A stretch of 64,000 bases of DNA, taken from assembly GCA_963700885.1 (NCBI GenBank), contig CAVOZJ010000030.1, positions 46,563-110,562 on the forward strand, written 5' to 3'. Position 1 is the stretch's first letter. The number at the start of each line of letters is the position of its first letter. Source of the DNA: an uncultured Alphaproteobacteria bacterium. Lineage in GTDB: Bacteria; Pseudomonadota; Alphaproteobacteria; Rhizobiales; Aestuariivirgaceae. The translations under genes were made by a program, and so were the position numbers. Shown in pieces: positions 48,067 to 58,348 of the stretch. The notes under the pieces were generated by a model. The model was given only the letters and a program-made list of their open reading frames with translations, was not told where the DNA came from and ran no database searches.

Positions 48067-49441
48067 ATGGTCGGCTATCTTTTTATCCTGCTTGTTATAC
48101 TGGCGCTGGCAGGATATGTGGCAGGACGCATGAAGGCAGTGTCCGCACGTGCCGCAAGTGGCGCCGCTTCGTTTCACTCCCGGCCTGTCTATCACGGTGC
48201 CAATGTGGCCGTTTACACAGGCGTTCCGGCGCTGGTGCTGGTTCTGCTCTGGTTGTTGTTCCAGGACACTGTCATCAGCCGGTTCCTGCTTGCATCCATT
48301 CCGGGAGCAGGATCGATGTCCGGGCCGGAAACTGATTTGCTGTTGAGCGAAATCCAGCAGGTGGCGGCCGGTAACATTTTCAGGGAACCAAGTCCGGAAG
48401 TGGCGGAAGCAGCCCGGCGGTTGTCGTCGCTGGAATCCATATCCACCCTCGCACTGTTCGCGCTTGCAACAGCGTTGGCCATTGGCGGGTTGATCTTTGC
48501 GTGGACGCGCATTTCGCCCCGGTTCCGGGCGCGGCACAGTGTTGAAAGAGCCATGAACATCTTCATGGTCACCTGTTCGATCGTCGCAATTTTGACCACT
48601 TTGGGCATTGTAGCGTCACTGGTATATGAGTCGGCGCAATTTTTCCGCCGGGTGCCCATGTCGGAATTCTTCTTCGGCTTGCGATGGGAGCCGCAGATTC
48701 CGATGCGCGACGATCAGGTTGCAGGCTCCGGTGCCTTTGGCGCGGTACCCGTATTCCTTGGAACAATGGTGATCGCCACTCTCGCCATGCTGGTTGCCGT
48801 ACCCATCGGCCTGCTTGCGGCGGTTTACCTGACAGAGTATTCGTCCGAACGATTCCGGACAATCGTCAAGCCCCTGCTCGAGATACTGGCTGGTATTCCA
48901 ACGGTTGTGTATGGCTTCTTTGCCGTGCTGATCATGGCGCCGGCTGTGCGTGAATTTGGCATGTCTCTCGGCTTTGATGTCTCTCCCAACAGCGCCCTGG
49001 CGGCCGGGGTGGTCATGGGTGTCATGCTGATCCCGTTTGTTTCCTCACTCTCCGATGACGCGTTGGCGGCGGTGCCCCAGTCGATGCGGGACGGGTCGTT
49101 CGCGATGGGCGCGACCAAGGGAGAGACCATCCGCAAGGTTTTGCTGCCTGCGGCACTGCCCGGTATCGTGGGTGGCATCCTGCTGGCGCTTTCGCGCGCC
49201 ATCGGTGAGACCATGATTGTGGTCATGGCGGCCGGTCTCATCGCCACCATGAACGTCAATCCGCTCGAACTCGGTGACAACCGTGACAGTGCAGATCGTG
49301 ACACTGCTTATCGGCGACACCGAATTTGACAACCCCAAGACACTCGCTGCCTTCGCGCTGGGCCTGATGCTCTTTGTCATGACGCTTGGCCTGAACGTGA
49401 TCGCGCTGCGGATAGTCCGCAAGTACCGGGAGATGTATTGA
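48067..49441 (+). pseudogene. pstC: phosphate ABC permease PstC with a 1-nt insertion at 49270 (or a sequencing error)
   Basis: The track ORF ends ...NVNPLELGDNRDSADRDTAYRRHRI*. Skipping C49270 gives ...NVNPLESVTTVTVQIVTLLIGDTEFDNPKTLAAFALGLMLFVMTLGLNVIALRIVRKYREMY*. That stop (49439-49441) overlaps the pstA ATG. Confidence 0.85.
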
Positions 49442-50733
49442 TGAGTTCAGCTGCAGAAACGTCAATTGCCCCGCCAATCGACTGGCAGTCAGCATCGATG
49501 AAAAAGCGCCGCGCCAGGCGGTATGCCCAGGACCGGGTGCTGAGGGGACTGGGCCTGACTGCCATTCTGGCTGCGCTCGGGTTCCTGTTTATCCTTTTTG
49601 CATCCCTGATAGCGACAGGTCACAAGGCATTTGTTCAGACAATGGTCACGGTTGATATCAGTCTGCCGGCGGATCAGATCGACAGGTCCGACCCGTCGAA
49701 AGCCAACTGGCGCAAGATTGTGCGCGATGCACTTGTTGCCCAGATTGGCGATATCCCGAACGCCGAGAAGCGCGACTACTTCAACATGTTCACCTCCTCT
49801 GCCCAATACCTGGTGCGCGATGAAGTCATGGCGAACCTGTCTCTGATTGGCACTACAGCGAAATTTGCCATTCCGATGGCGGACCCTCTCGACCAGCTCG
49901 CGAAAGGCGAGATCGACCGGGAACTGCCGGAGCAGCGGCGCCGTGTGAATAATCTCCAGCTCGCCTGGTTTGACGCCCTGTCGGCGAAGGGCCTGATATC
50001 CCAGCCCTTCAACAAGGCTTTGCTGTTCAATGCTGATAGCCGCTTTCCTGAACTGGCCGGTCTGGCCGGAGCCATTTCCGGATCATTCTGGGCGCTTCTG
50101 GTTTGCTTCCTCATCAGCTTTCCGATGGGTATTGCAGCGGCAGTCTACCTGGAAGAGTTTGCACCGCGGAACCGCGCAACGGATCTGATCGAGGTCAATA
50201 TCAACAACCTCGCCGCGGTGCCCTCGGTGGTGTTCGGTTTGCTCGGGCTTGCAGTGTTTCTTGGCTGGTTTGGCCTGCCGCGTTCAGTTCCATTGGTCGG
50301 TGGCATGGTGCTGGCGTTGATGACATTGCCAACCATAATTATTGTGACCCGGGCAGCCCTCAAGTCGGTTCCGCAAGGCATCCGGGAAGCTGCTCTTGGC
50401 GTTGGCGCATCAAAACACGAAGCCATTCTCCATCACACTTTGCCGTTGTCCTTGCCTACCATTATGACGGGCACGATCATCGGTCTGGCGCAGGCACTGG
50501 GTGAAACAGCGCCACTGCTGCTTATCGGAATGAACGCCTTTATCACCAGCCCGCCCGATGGAGTACTGGAAGCATCAACCGCGTTGCCAACCCAGATTTA
50601 CATCTGGGCCGACAGTCCGGAGCGCGGATTTGTTGCCCGCACATCTGCCGCCATACTTGTGCTGCTCGCATTCCTGATCACCATGAACGCCATTGCGGTT
50701 CTTCTTCGCCACCGTCTGGAACGGCGTTGGTAA
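49441..50733 (+). CDS. pstA: phosphate ABC permease PstA
   Basis: 430 aa with the EAA-like loop (REAALGVGASKHEAILHHTLPLSLP) and the conserved tail YIWADSPERGF. Confidence 0.9.
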   Translation: MSSAAETSIAPPIDWQSASMKKRRARRYAQDRVLRGLGLTAILAALGFLFILFASLIATGHKAFVQTMVTVDISLPADQIDRSDPSKANWRKIVRDALVAQIGDIPNAEKRDYFNMFTSSAQYLVRDEVMANLSLIGTTAKFAIPMADPLDQLAKGEIDRELPEQRRRVNNLQLAWFDALSAKGLISQPFNKALLFNADSRFPELAGLAGAISGSFWALLVCFLISFPMGIAAAVYLEEFAPRNRATDLIEVNINNLAAVPSVVFGLLGLAVFLGWFGLPRSVPLVGGMVLALMTLPTIIIVTRAALKSVPQGIREAALGVGASKHEAILHHTLPLSLPTIMTGTIIGLAQALGETAPLLLIGMNAFITSPPDGVLEASTALPTQIYIWADSPERGFVARTSAAILVLLAFLITMNAIAVLLRHRLERRW

Positions 50734-50764
50734 CTGACCATCACAGAGTTGGGAGTATAGTTTA

Positions 50765-51601
50765 ATGGACGCTTCAATAATGGTGAAGCCCGAGAAGTTT
50801 CAGACAATCGTGACGCCAGCCAAACCGGTGATCATGACAGAGCGCAAGCCAAAGATCGCCGCCAGGAATGTCACAGTACGTTACGGTGAATCGGAAGCCA
50901 TTCATTCGCTCGACATCGATATCCCGGACCGGGCTGTATCGGCCTTCATCGGGCCGTCCGGCTGTGGCAAGTCCACGTTCCTGCGCTGCATCAACCGCAT
51001 GAATGACACCATTGACACTTGCCATGTCGCGGGAAGTATCGAGATCGGCGGGCAAAGCATTTATGCTCCGGAGATTGATGTCGTGGAACTGCGTGCCCGC
51101 GTCGGCATGGTGTTCCAGAAACCAAACCCGTTTCCGAAATCGATTTTTGAGAATGTTGCCTATGGTCCGCGGCTCCACGGCCTTGCGGCCAACAAGACCG
51201 AGCTTGAGGACATCGTGGTCAGGTCGCTCAAGCGTGCCGGCCTGTTTGAGGAGGTCAAGGATCGCCTTGCTTCCCCCGGGACAGGCCTGTCCGGTGGCCA
51301 GCAGCAACGCCTGTGCATTGCCCGCGCCATCGCCGTGAATCCGGAAATCATCCTGATGGACGAACCGTGTTCGGCACTTGATCCGATTGCCACTGCCCGC
51401 ATTGAGGAACTCATCCACGAACTGCGCGAGAATTACTGTATCGTGATCGTAACCCACTCCATGCAACAGGCAGCCCGCGTGTCACAGCTGACTGCCTTCT
51501 TTCATCTGGGCACTTTGGTTGAATTGGGCGATACGGAAGCCATTTTCACCAACCCGCATGAACGCCGCACCCAGGATTACATCATGGGCCGGTTTGGCTG
51601 A
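50765..51601 (+). CDS. pstB: phosphate ABC ATP-binding protein PstB
   Basis: Walker [10 protein letters not shown], signature LSGGQQQRL and Walker B ILMDEP. The exact start is uncertain. Confidence 0.95.
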   Translation: MDASIMVKPEKFQTIVTPAKPVIMTERKPKIAARNVTVRYGESEAIHSLDIDIPDRAVSAFIGPSGCGKSTFLRCINRMNDTIDTCHVAGSIEIGGQSIYAPEIDVVELRARVGMVFQKPNPFPKSIFENVAYGPRLHGLAANKTELEDIVVRSLKRAGLFEEVKDRLASPGTGLSGGQQQRLCIARAIAVNPEIILMDEPCSALDPIATARIEELIHELRENYCIVIVTHSMQQAARVSQLTAFFHLGTLVELGDTEAIFTNPHERRTQDYIMGRFG

Positions 51602-51655
51602 TCTTCAGCCAGCACACGGATCATACCGGATCATACATGAAAGGTTGACCCCCAA

Positions 51656-52369
51656 ATGACCACACATATTGTTTCTGCATTCGATGAGGACCTGTCCAGG
51701 CTGCGCAACCTGATTGCCCAGATGGGTGGTCTGGCGGAGGACCATTTTGGCAAGGCAATCGAGGCTCTGTCCACATCAGACCGCGCCAAGGCGGAGCACA
51801 TAATCGCAGCCGACGACAAGATCGATGTGCTTGAAAAGCAGGTAGAGGACAACGCCATCAAGCTGATTGCCAAGCGCCAGCCGATGGCCGAGGACTTGCG
51901 TTCCATAATGGTTGCAATCCGTATTGCATCCGATCTGGAGCGTATCGGTGACCTCGCGAAGAACATTGCCAAGCGCACCCTAGCCGTGAACGAGCCCTTG
52001 CCCCGTTCGGTGAATGCCGGAATGAGCCGGATGGCCGACCTTGCAATGGAGCAGCTGGCCGATGTGCTGGATGCCTATGCCAGCCTGGATACACAGAAAG
52101 CCATGGACGTCTGGCATAACGACAGCCGCATCGATTCACTGTACAATTCAGTGTTTCGCGAACTGTTGACCTACATGATGGAGGATGCGCGCACTATTGG
52201 CATGTGTACTCACCTGCTGTTCGGCGCCAAGAACATTGAACGCATTGGTGATCACACAACCAACATTGCCGAAAACATCCACTATCTCGTGACCGGTGAA
52301 ACGCTGGACGGCCCTCGTCCGAAACAGGACAGCACCTCCCTGACACCCGTCGAAGCGCGTGCTGAATAG
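51656..52369 (+). CDS. phoU: phosphate signalling complex protein PhoU
   Basis: Two PhoU repeats (IASDLERIGDLAKNIA; AKNIERIGDHTTNIAE). Confidence 0.95.
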   Translation: MTTHIVSAFDEDLSRLRNLIAQMGGLAEDHFGKAIEALSTSDRAKAEHIIAADDKIDVLEKQVEDNAIKLIAKRQPMAEDLRSIMVAIRIASDLERIGDLAKNIAKRTLAVNEPLPRSVNAGMSRMADLAMEQLADVLDAYASLDTQKAMDVWHNDSRIDSLYNSVFRELLTYMMEDARTIGMCTHLLFGAKNIERIGDHTTNIAENIHYLVTGETLDGPRPKQDSTSLTPVEARAE

Positions 52370-52389
52370 TTGTTGCCTGGAGCCTGCGA

Positions 52390-53085
52390 ATGCCTGCAAG
52401 TATATTGATTGTTGAAGACGAAGATCCAATACAGGAACTGCTCGCCTACAACCTGGAAGCCGAGGGATACACGGTCCGCGCACTGGACGGTTCGGAAGAT
52501 GTCGTGCGTGAAGTTGTCAACGATACACCTGATCTCATAATTCTGGACTGGATGCTGCCCGATCTGTCGGGCATTGAAATTTGCCGATCTCTCAGGGCGC
52601 GGCCGGAAACCCGCGATATACCCATCATCATGTTGACGGCGCGTGGCGAGGAGGCCGAGCGCGTGCGCGGTCTTGCGACTGGCGCCGATGACTACGTGGT
52701 CAAGCCGTTTTCGGTGCCGGAACTGATGGCCCGGGTGAAATCGCTGCTGCGCCGTTCAAGTCCTGATGCAGTAGCTGACATGTTGCGGGCAGGCGATATA
52801 TCTCTTGATCGCCGAACTCGCCGGGTTCAGCGCGGCGGCCGGGATATTGAACTTTCACCGACTGAATTCAAGCTGTTGGAACACATGATGCAGACACCTG
52901 GCCGGGTCTATACCCGTTCCCAGTTGCTTGATTCAGTGTGGGGCAGGGATGTGTATGTTGATGAACGCACAGTAGATGTGCATGTCGGCCGCCTGCGCAA
53001 ATCCATCAGCCGGGTACGAGAATCCAACCCCATCCGTACGGTGCGGGGCATGGGGTATTCGTTTGATGAGCGCTTCGGGGCGTAA
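52390..53085 (+). CDS. phoB: phosphate regulon response regulator PhoB
   Basis: ILIVEDE...LIILDWMLPDLSG...VKPFS receiver domain plus an OmpR-type winged helix (LSPTEFKLLEHMM...IRTVRGMGY). Confidence 0.95.
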   Translation: MPASILIVEDEDPIQELLAYNLEAEGYTVRALDGSEDVVREVVNDTPDLIILDWMLPDLSGIEICRSLRARPETRDIPIIMLTARGEEAERVRGLATGADDYVVKPFSVPELMARVKSLLRRSSPDAVADMLRAGDISLDRRTRRVQRGGRDIELSPTEFKLLEHMMQTPGRVYTRSQLLDSVWGRDVYVDERTVDVHVGRLRKSISRVRESNPIRTVRGMGYSFDERFGA

Positions 53086-53158
53086 AAACGGCAGCCACGA
53101 AAAGTCTGAAAAGGCTTGCGCTCCTCCGGACACCAGTGTCCTTCGCAGAAAATCCTGT

Positions 53159-53710
53159 TCAGCCGGTGCGGCGGCTCCGGTCACGCTGCGGCTGGTAGGC
53201 CAGTGCGGCATGGCCCGCACAGTACGGGGTCCCGTCCTTGGGTGACTTGCCGCAGAAGCAGAATTCTTCACTGCCGGGATCGCCGATCGGCCAGCGGCAG
53301 GTCTTGTCCGATAACATCAGTATGGTGACGCGTTCGCCGACCGGAATGTCGGCTATGTGGATCGGTACCGGTTCCAGAATGGGTTCAGGTTTAACCGAAG
53401 CCAGAGGTTTCAGTGCATTGTTGCCTGCGAAACGCGGAGCGTTGCCGGCAGTTGCGGGCCTGCCGGGATGACTGGGTTCACGGGTTTTGCGGGTGCGCGG
53501 TGTCGATACCCGTGCGCGTGTCACGCGGCCTGAAAGCCCCATGCGGTGAACCTTGCCGATGACTGCGTTGCGGGTCACACCACCGGCAAGCTTTGCAGCG
53601 ATCTGGCTGGCGCTCAGGCCTTCGGCCCACAATCTCTTCAGCAACTCGACCCGGTCGTCGGTCCAGGGAAGCTTCTGCGGTGTTTCACCTTGTGTTTGGT
53701 CTTCGCTCAC
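53159..53710 (-). CDS. gcrA: cell-cycle transcriptional regulator GcrA
   Basis: WTDDRVELLKRLWAEGLSASQIAAKL...TRNAVIGKVHRMGLSGR and the C-terminal CRWPIGDPGSEEFCFCG...YCAGHAALAYQP. Confidence 0.9.
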   Translation of the reverse strand: MSEDQTQGETPQKLPWTDDRVELLKRLWAEGLSASQIAAKLAGGVTRNAVIGKVHRMGLSGRVTRARVSTPRTRKTREPSHPGRPATAGNAPRFAGNNALKPLASVKPEPILEPVPIHIADIPVGERVTILMLSDKTCRWPIGDPGSEEFCFCGKSPKDGTPYCAGHAALAYQPQRDRSRRTG

Positions 53711-54117
53711 GAGCGGAATCCTTCTTCAATCGCCGGCCATTATTGACTCGGTGTGAAACGCATATGTACGGACAGAAATAGCTACATTTCGTAGGTTGTG
53801 ATCGGGACCCTACTAAATAGGCCGAATCTGGCGCAAGAGTCAGGCGGCGGATTTCACCGGTTTTCCCCAGCTTCGGCCAATAAACACGGTTGAAGGCAGG
53901 TTAATCCCCAGTTTTGTTGCGGGTCTATGCGGCGTTCTGACTCAGGTGCGTCATTTGTTGCGATTTCGTGGTCACACAGCAGCGCTTGATCTGTGCTGCC
54001 TTCGCGTTGCAATGGCATCAAAAAAGCAATATACTCGGGTCAAGTAAATGTTGCGCCGCCGCTCGCCGGTGGCGTTTGCCGTTTCGAGGCCGGTGTGCCT
54101 GGAAGGTCTGTTTGAGA

Positions 54118-55305
54118 ATGACACAAGCTGTTCTGCCGACATATAATCGCACGGCGTTTTCCATCGAGAGCGGAAAGGGTGCATGGGTAAACACATCTGA
54201 CGGCCGCACCCTGCTTGATTTTGGCGCCGGCATAGCTGTCAATTCTCTGGGCCATTGCCATCCGCATCTGGTGGAAACTCTCAAGAGCCAGGCTGAAAAA
54301 CTTTGGCATACATCAAATCTGTACCGGATTCCTGAAGGTGAGCGCTTTGCTGAACGCCTGTGCGCGGCGACTTTCGCAGATACGGTGTTTTTTACCAATT
54401 CCGGTGCAGAGGCGCTGGAGTGTTCAATCAAGATGGCGCGCAAGTACCATGCTGCATCAGGACATCCTGAAAAATTTCGCCTGATTACCTTTGAAGGCGC
54501 ATTTCACGGCCGTACCCTGGCGACAGTCGCCGCAGGCGGGCAGCAAAAGTACCTTGACGGTTTCGGCCCGGCAGTTGAAGGCTTCGACCAGGTGGCGTTT
54601 GCAGATCATGAAGCTGTCGAGAAGGCCATTGGACCAGAAACAGCCGGTATCCTGATCGAACCGATACAGGGAGAAGGCGGTATCAGGCTCGTGCCGGCGG
54701 CGTGTCTCAAGGGTTTGCGTGAGTTGTGCGACAGGCACGGCATCCTGCTGCTGTTTGATGAGGTACAATGCGGCATGGGGCGTACCGGCAAGCTGTTTGC
54801 GCATCAGCATTCATCCGTAACGCCGGATATTATGGCATCGGCGAAGGGCATTGGTGGCGGTTATCCGCTGGGCGCCTGTCTTGCCACGTCGGAAGCGGCC
54901 AAAGGCATGGTTGCCGGTTCCCATGGCTCCACCTATGGCGGTAACCCGATGGCCATGGCCATAGGCAATGCCGTGCTGGATGTTATCCTGGAAGACGGGT
55001 TTCTGGATCATGTAAACCAGATGTCGCTTTTACTGGGCCAGAAGCTTGCGGGCCTGACGGATGAGTTTCCCGATATTGTCGATGGCGTGCGCGGCAAGGG
55101 TTTGATGATGGGGCTGCACTGCAAGGTTGTGAACACCGACATGCAGGCGGCATGTGTGGCAAGTGATCTTCTGGTTGTCGCAGCCGGAGAAAATGTCATA
55201 CGTCTGCTGCCGCCATTGAACATAACCGCTGAAGAAGTAGCTCAGGCCGTCAGTCGCATTGAAGTTGCATGCCGCCGGCTTCGATCATCTTCTGCCAGCA
55301 ACTAG
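54118..55305 (+). CDS. argD: acetylornithine aminotransferase
   Basis: [20 protein letters not shown]...NSGAEALE...[18 protein letters not shown]...[14 protein letters not shown]. Internal ATG (MTQAV) chosen as the start. Confidence 0.9.
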   Translation: MTQAVLPTYNRTAFSIESGKGAWVNTSDGRTLLDFGAGIAVNSLGHCHPHLVETLKSQAEKLWHTSNLYRIPEGERFAERLCAATFADTVFFTNSGAEALECSIKMARKYHAASGHPEKFRLITFEGAFHGRTLATVAAGGQQKYLDGFGPAVEGFDQVAFADHEAVEKAIGPETAGILIEPIQGEGGIRLVPAACLKGLRELCDRHGILLLFDEVQCGMGRTGKLFAHQHSSVTPDIMASAKGIGGGYPLGACLATSEAAKGMVAGSHGSTYGGNPMAMAIGNAVLDVILEDGFLDHVNQMSLLLGQKLAGLTDEFPDIVDGVRGKGLMMGLHCKVVNTDMQAACVASDLLVVAAGENVIRLLPPLNITAEEVAQAVSRIEVACRRLRSSSASN

Positions 55306-55367
55306 AGATTGCTTTTCATTCCGGGTTTTGACCCGCATCAGGAATACAAAGGGTTCCGGCATACATC

Positions 55368-56303
55368 ATGTCTGACGCAACGAAATCATTTTTGGATATC
55401 TCCACCGTTTCAACCGGTGACCTGAACGCAATGCTGTCAAGTGCGTTGTCTGCAAAACATGCACGTGCCGGTTTGCCGAATGGTGTGCCGGACGGGCAGC
55501 GCCCGTTGAAAGGTCATTTGCTGGCGATGATCTTTGAAAAACCCTCGACCCGGACGCGAGTGTCTTTTGATGTGGCGATCCGCCAGCTGGGCGGTGAATC
55601 ACTCGTGCTGTCGGCAGCAGATCTTCAGCTTGGCCGTGGTGAGAGCGTAGCGGACACGGCCCGTGTCCTGTCGCGCATGGTGGATGTCATCATGTTGCGC
55701 ACCCATGGAGAGGAAAAACTGCACGAACTCGCCACTGAAGCCACCGTGCCGGTGATAAATGGCCTGACCGATACCTCCCATCCATGTCAGATCATGGCGG
55801 ATCTGCTCACCCTTCAGGAACATAAAGGTGCCATACCCGGCAAAACCGTGGCCTGGGTAGGCGACGGAAACAATGTGCTGACGTCGTGGATACATGCAGC
55901 CGGCAAGCTGGATTTTGAACTCCGGATTGCAACCCCGGCAGAACTGTCACCAGACAAGGCTGCCCTTGAATGGGCCAAGGCCAACGGTGTGCGGTTGCAA
56001 CTGGGCACGGACCCGCAGGAAGCCGTATCAGGCGCCGATTGCGTGATAACCGACACCTGGGTGTCCATGAACGATGATGAGGCGGCAAACCGGCATAATC
56101 TCCTGATGCCGTATCAGGTAAACGATGCCCTGATGGCACGCGCCGGCAGAGACGCTGTGTTCATGCATTGCCTGCCGGCACATCGCGAAGAAGAGGTAAC
56201 CGGCTCGGTGATCGACGGGCCGCAATCGGTGGTTTTTGACGAAGCGGAAAACCGGCTTCATGCACAAAAGGCCATTCTGCGCTGGTGCCTCGGGAAGCTT
56301 TGA
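55368..56303 (+). CDS. argF: ornithine carbamoyltransferase
   Basis: [15 protein letters not shown]...[11 protein letters not shown]...FMHCLPAHR. Confidence 0.95.
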   Translation: MSDATKSFLDISTVSTGDLNAMLSSALSAKHARAGLPNGVPDGQRPLKGHLLAMIFEKPSTRTRVSFDVAIRQLGGESLVLSAADLQLGRGESVADTARVLSRMVDVIMLRTHGEEKLHELATEATVPVINGLTDTSHPCQIMADLLTLQEHKGAIPGKTVAWVGDGNNVLTSWIHAAGKLDFELRIATPAELSPDKAALEWAKANGVRLQLGTDPQEAVSGADCVITDTWVSMNDDEAANRHNLLMPYQVNDALMARAGRDAVFMHCLPAHREEEVTGSVIDGPQSVVFDEAENRLHAQKAILRWCLGKL

Positions 56304-56317
56304 GAAAACATGCTGGA

Positions 56318-57322
56318 ATGGACGCCGACGTGACCAGGCCCCTGATGCTCGACATAACGACCGCGATATCCGTCGAGGACGCTGTCATGCCATTTGACAT
56401 CAAGCCGCTGGGTGTACGCGGCCGCGTCGTGCGGCTTGGCGGTGTCCTGGATGACATTCTGGGCCGTCATGATTATCCGATGCCTGTATCGGCTGTTCTG
56501 GCGGAGGCCGTGGCGCTGGTGGCGATGTTTGGCACCATGCTGAAATTCGACGGCAAGCTTATACTCCAGACTTCAACTGATGGACCGGTGCCGATGCTGG
56601 TGGCGGATTTCGTGTCGCCGGGCCAGATCAGGGGCTATGCACGGGTTGATGGGGAAGCGCTTGCACGTCTGGAGAAAGACGGCGCCATCACAGCCCGCTC
56701 CGTCATCGGCGACGGTCACCTGGCAATGACTGTTGACCAGGGCGAAGACATGGAACGCTACCAGGGCATTGTCGGTTTGCAGAATGCAACCCTGAGCGAT
56801 GCAGCACATGATTATTTCCGGCAATCCGAGCAAATCCCCACACTGTTGCGCCTGGCTGCCGGTCCCTTGATCGGCCGCGCGGGCCAGCTGGACAAATGGC
56901 GCGCAGGCGCCATCATGATCCAGCATCTGCCCGAAGATGGCGGCGTGAGCTCAATGCCGGTTTACTCAGGCGATGATCCGTCCGGTACCGGTGATCCCGA
57001 GGTCGATGAAGACGACAACTGGCGCAAGGCGAAACTGCTTCTGGAGACCGTTGAAGACCATGAGCTGATTGATCCGCTTCTGTCATCGGAACGTGTACTG
57101 TACCGGTTGTTTCATGAAGATGGTGTCACGGTCTATCCGGAATTGAAACTGCAGCGTTATTGTTCCTGCTCGGCAGACCGGTTGAAGGACATTCTTGCCA
57201 CCATGCCGGAAGATGACAGGGCCCACATTGCCAGCGACGGCAGGATCGAAGTGAAGTGCGAGTTCTGTTCGGCAAGCTACAGCCTCGATGCCGATGAAAT
57301 TCTGAACTCTCAGGGACGCTGA
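56318..57322 (+). CDS. hslO: Hsp33 family redox-regulated chaperone
   Basis: C-terminal zinc motif CSCS...CEFCSASY. Body typical of alphaproteobacterial Hsp33 (VRGRVVRLG..., LILQTSTDGPV). Confidence 0.9.
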   Translation: MDADVTRPLMLDITTAISVEDAVMPFDIKPLGVRGRVVRLGGVLDDILGRHDYPMPVSAVLAEAVALVAMFGTMLKFDGKLILQTSTDGPVPMLVADFVSPGQIRGYARVDGEALARLEKDGAITARSVIGDGHLAMTVDQGEDMERYQGIVGLQNATLSDAAHDYFRQSEQIPTLLRLAAGPLIGRAGQLDKWRAGAIMIQHLPEDGGVSSMPVYSGDDPSGTGDPEVDEDDNWRKAKLLLETVEDHELIDPLLSSERVLYRLFHEDGVTVYPELKLQRYCSCSADRLKDILATMPEDDRAHIASDGRIEVKCEFCSASYSLDADEILNSQGR

Positions 57323-57638
57323 CTGTCTGAAGTGGGAACTGGTACTGTTTTGGCGAATTTTCACGACGGCAGATTTGAGCGCGTCCCGGAAATTCGCCGA
57401 AGTACATTCAATGGCGTCGAAGGGCGGAAAGTGTGACTTCGCCGCAAGTGCACAGAGGTTGTGTCAATTTGGGAATAGCGGACATCAACCTGTCGGAAAT
57501 TATATGTGCGCTGCTGCGACGCCGCATGACGGCTTCGAGCCCATAGCGGCCGGATTGACTACGAAGTTCTTGACACGCAGAAGCCGAATGCTCGACCTGA
57601 TACCGTATTGAGCAGACTGATCGGAATAGGACTACAGG

Positions 57639-58178
57639 GTGGAGTTTTCAAACAAGAGCGAAGGCGTGGAGGAGCAGATTGTCGATCTGTTCACCGTAAC
57701 ATTCACCGCCTCTGAGGGAGCTGGTGAAGGTGCCTTGATCGGTAACCTTGTGAGGCAACTGTTCAGCAACACACCGAAGCAGGACATCTACGTCTTCACT
57801 GCCCATGACCAAGGGGAAACCATTGGCGCGGCAGTCTTCTCCCGCCTCATCTACGAAGACGATCCTCGTTCAGTGTTTATCCTTTCCCCAATGGCCGTTG
57901 CGACCGACCAGCATGGGCAGGGGATTGGGAAGGCTCTCCTAAACCACGCTTTGAATGTGCTGCGCGATGACGGCGTTTCTGCGGCGATCACCTATGGTGA
58001 CCCTTCATTCTATGGCAAGGTCGGGTTCTTGGCCCTCGACGAAACAACTGTCGCGCCACCCTTGCCCCTCAGTTATCCTATGGGGTGGATCGGTCAGTCG
58101 CTGACAGACGAGCCATTGCACGCTCTACAAGGCAAATGCACTTGTGTTGCAGCCCTAAACGATCCGGCCATTTGGTGA
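57639..58178 (+). CDS. GNAT family N-acetyltransferase
   Basis: 179 aa with a GTG start and an acetyl-CoA pocket-like motif VATDQHGQGIGKALLNHAL. Confidence 0.7.
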   Translation: MEFSNKSEGVEEQIVDLFTVTFTASEGAGEGALIGNLVRQLFSNTPKQDIYVFTAHDQGETIGAAVFSRLIYEDDPRSVFILSPMAVATDQHGQGIGKALLNHALNVLRDDGVSAAITYGDPSFYGKVGFLALDETTVAPPLPLSYPMGWIGQSLTDEPLHALQGKCTCVAALNDPAIW

Positions 58179-58348
58179 AGACGCGCCTAGTGCCAACACA
58201 CATCCCGGACAGATGATTGCTTCGTCCGCATTGCCGACCTGCGGCTACCCAGAACTTCGCAAGCGTAGCGAATGTCCGCAAACGGGTGCTGCGAATAGCG
58301 CTAGCCAATGTCGGCTAAGGGCCGACGCCAGCCAAACCAGCTTAAGGC

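Noticed and set aside
53120-53145. The GGACAC-ca-GTGTCC hairpin between convergent phoB and gcrA, considered as a bidirectional terminator.
   Set aside because: The stem is only 6 bp, the loop is 2 nt, and there is no U-tract. It is too weak to annotate.
58180-58348. Short ORFs (58078..58308 minus, 58308..58622 plus) and 60426..60668 in the flanks of the 701-aa gene.
   Set aside because: They are low-complexity, Arg/Ser-rich translations of what look like degenerate intergenic repeat sequences. They have no RBS or motifs.
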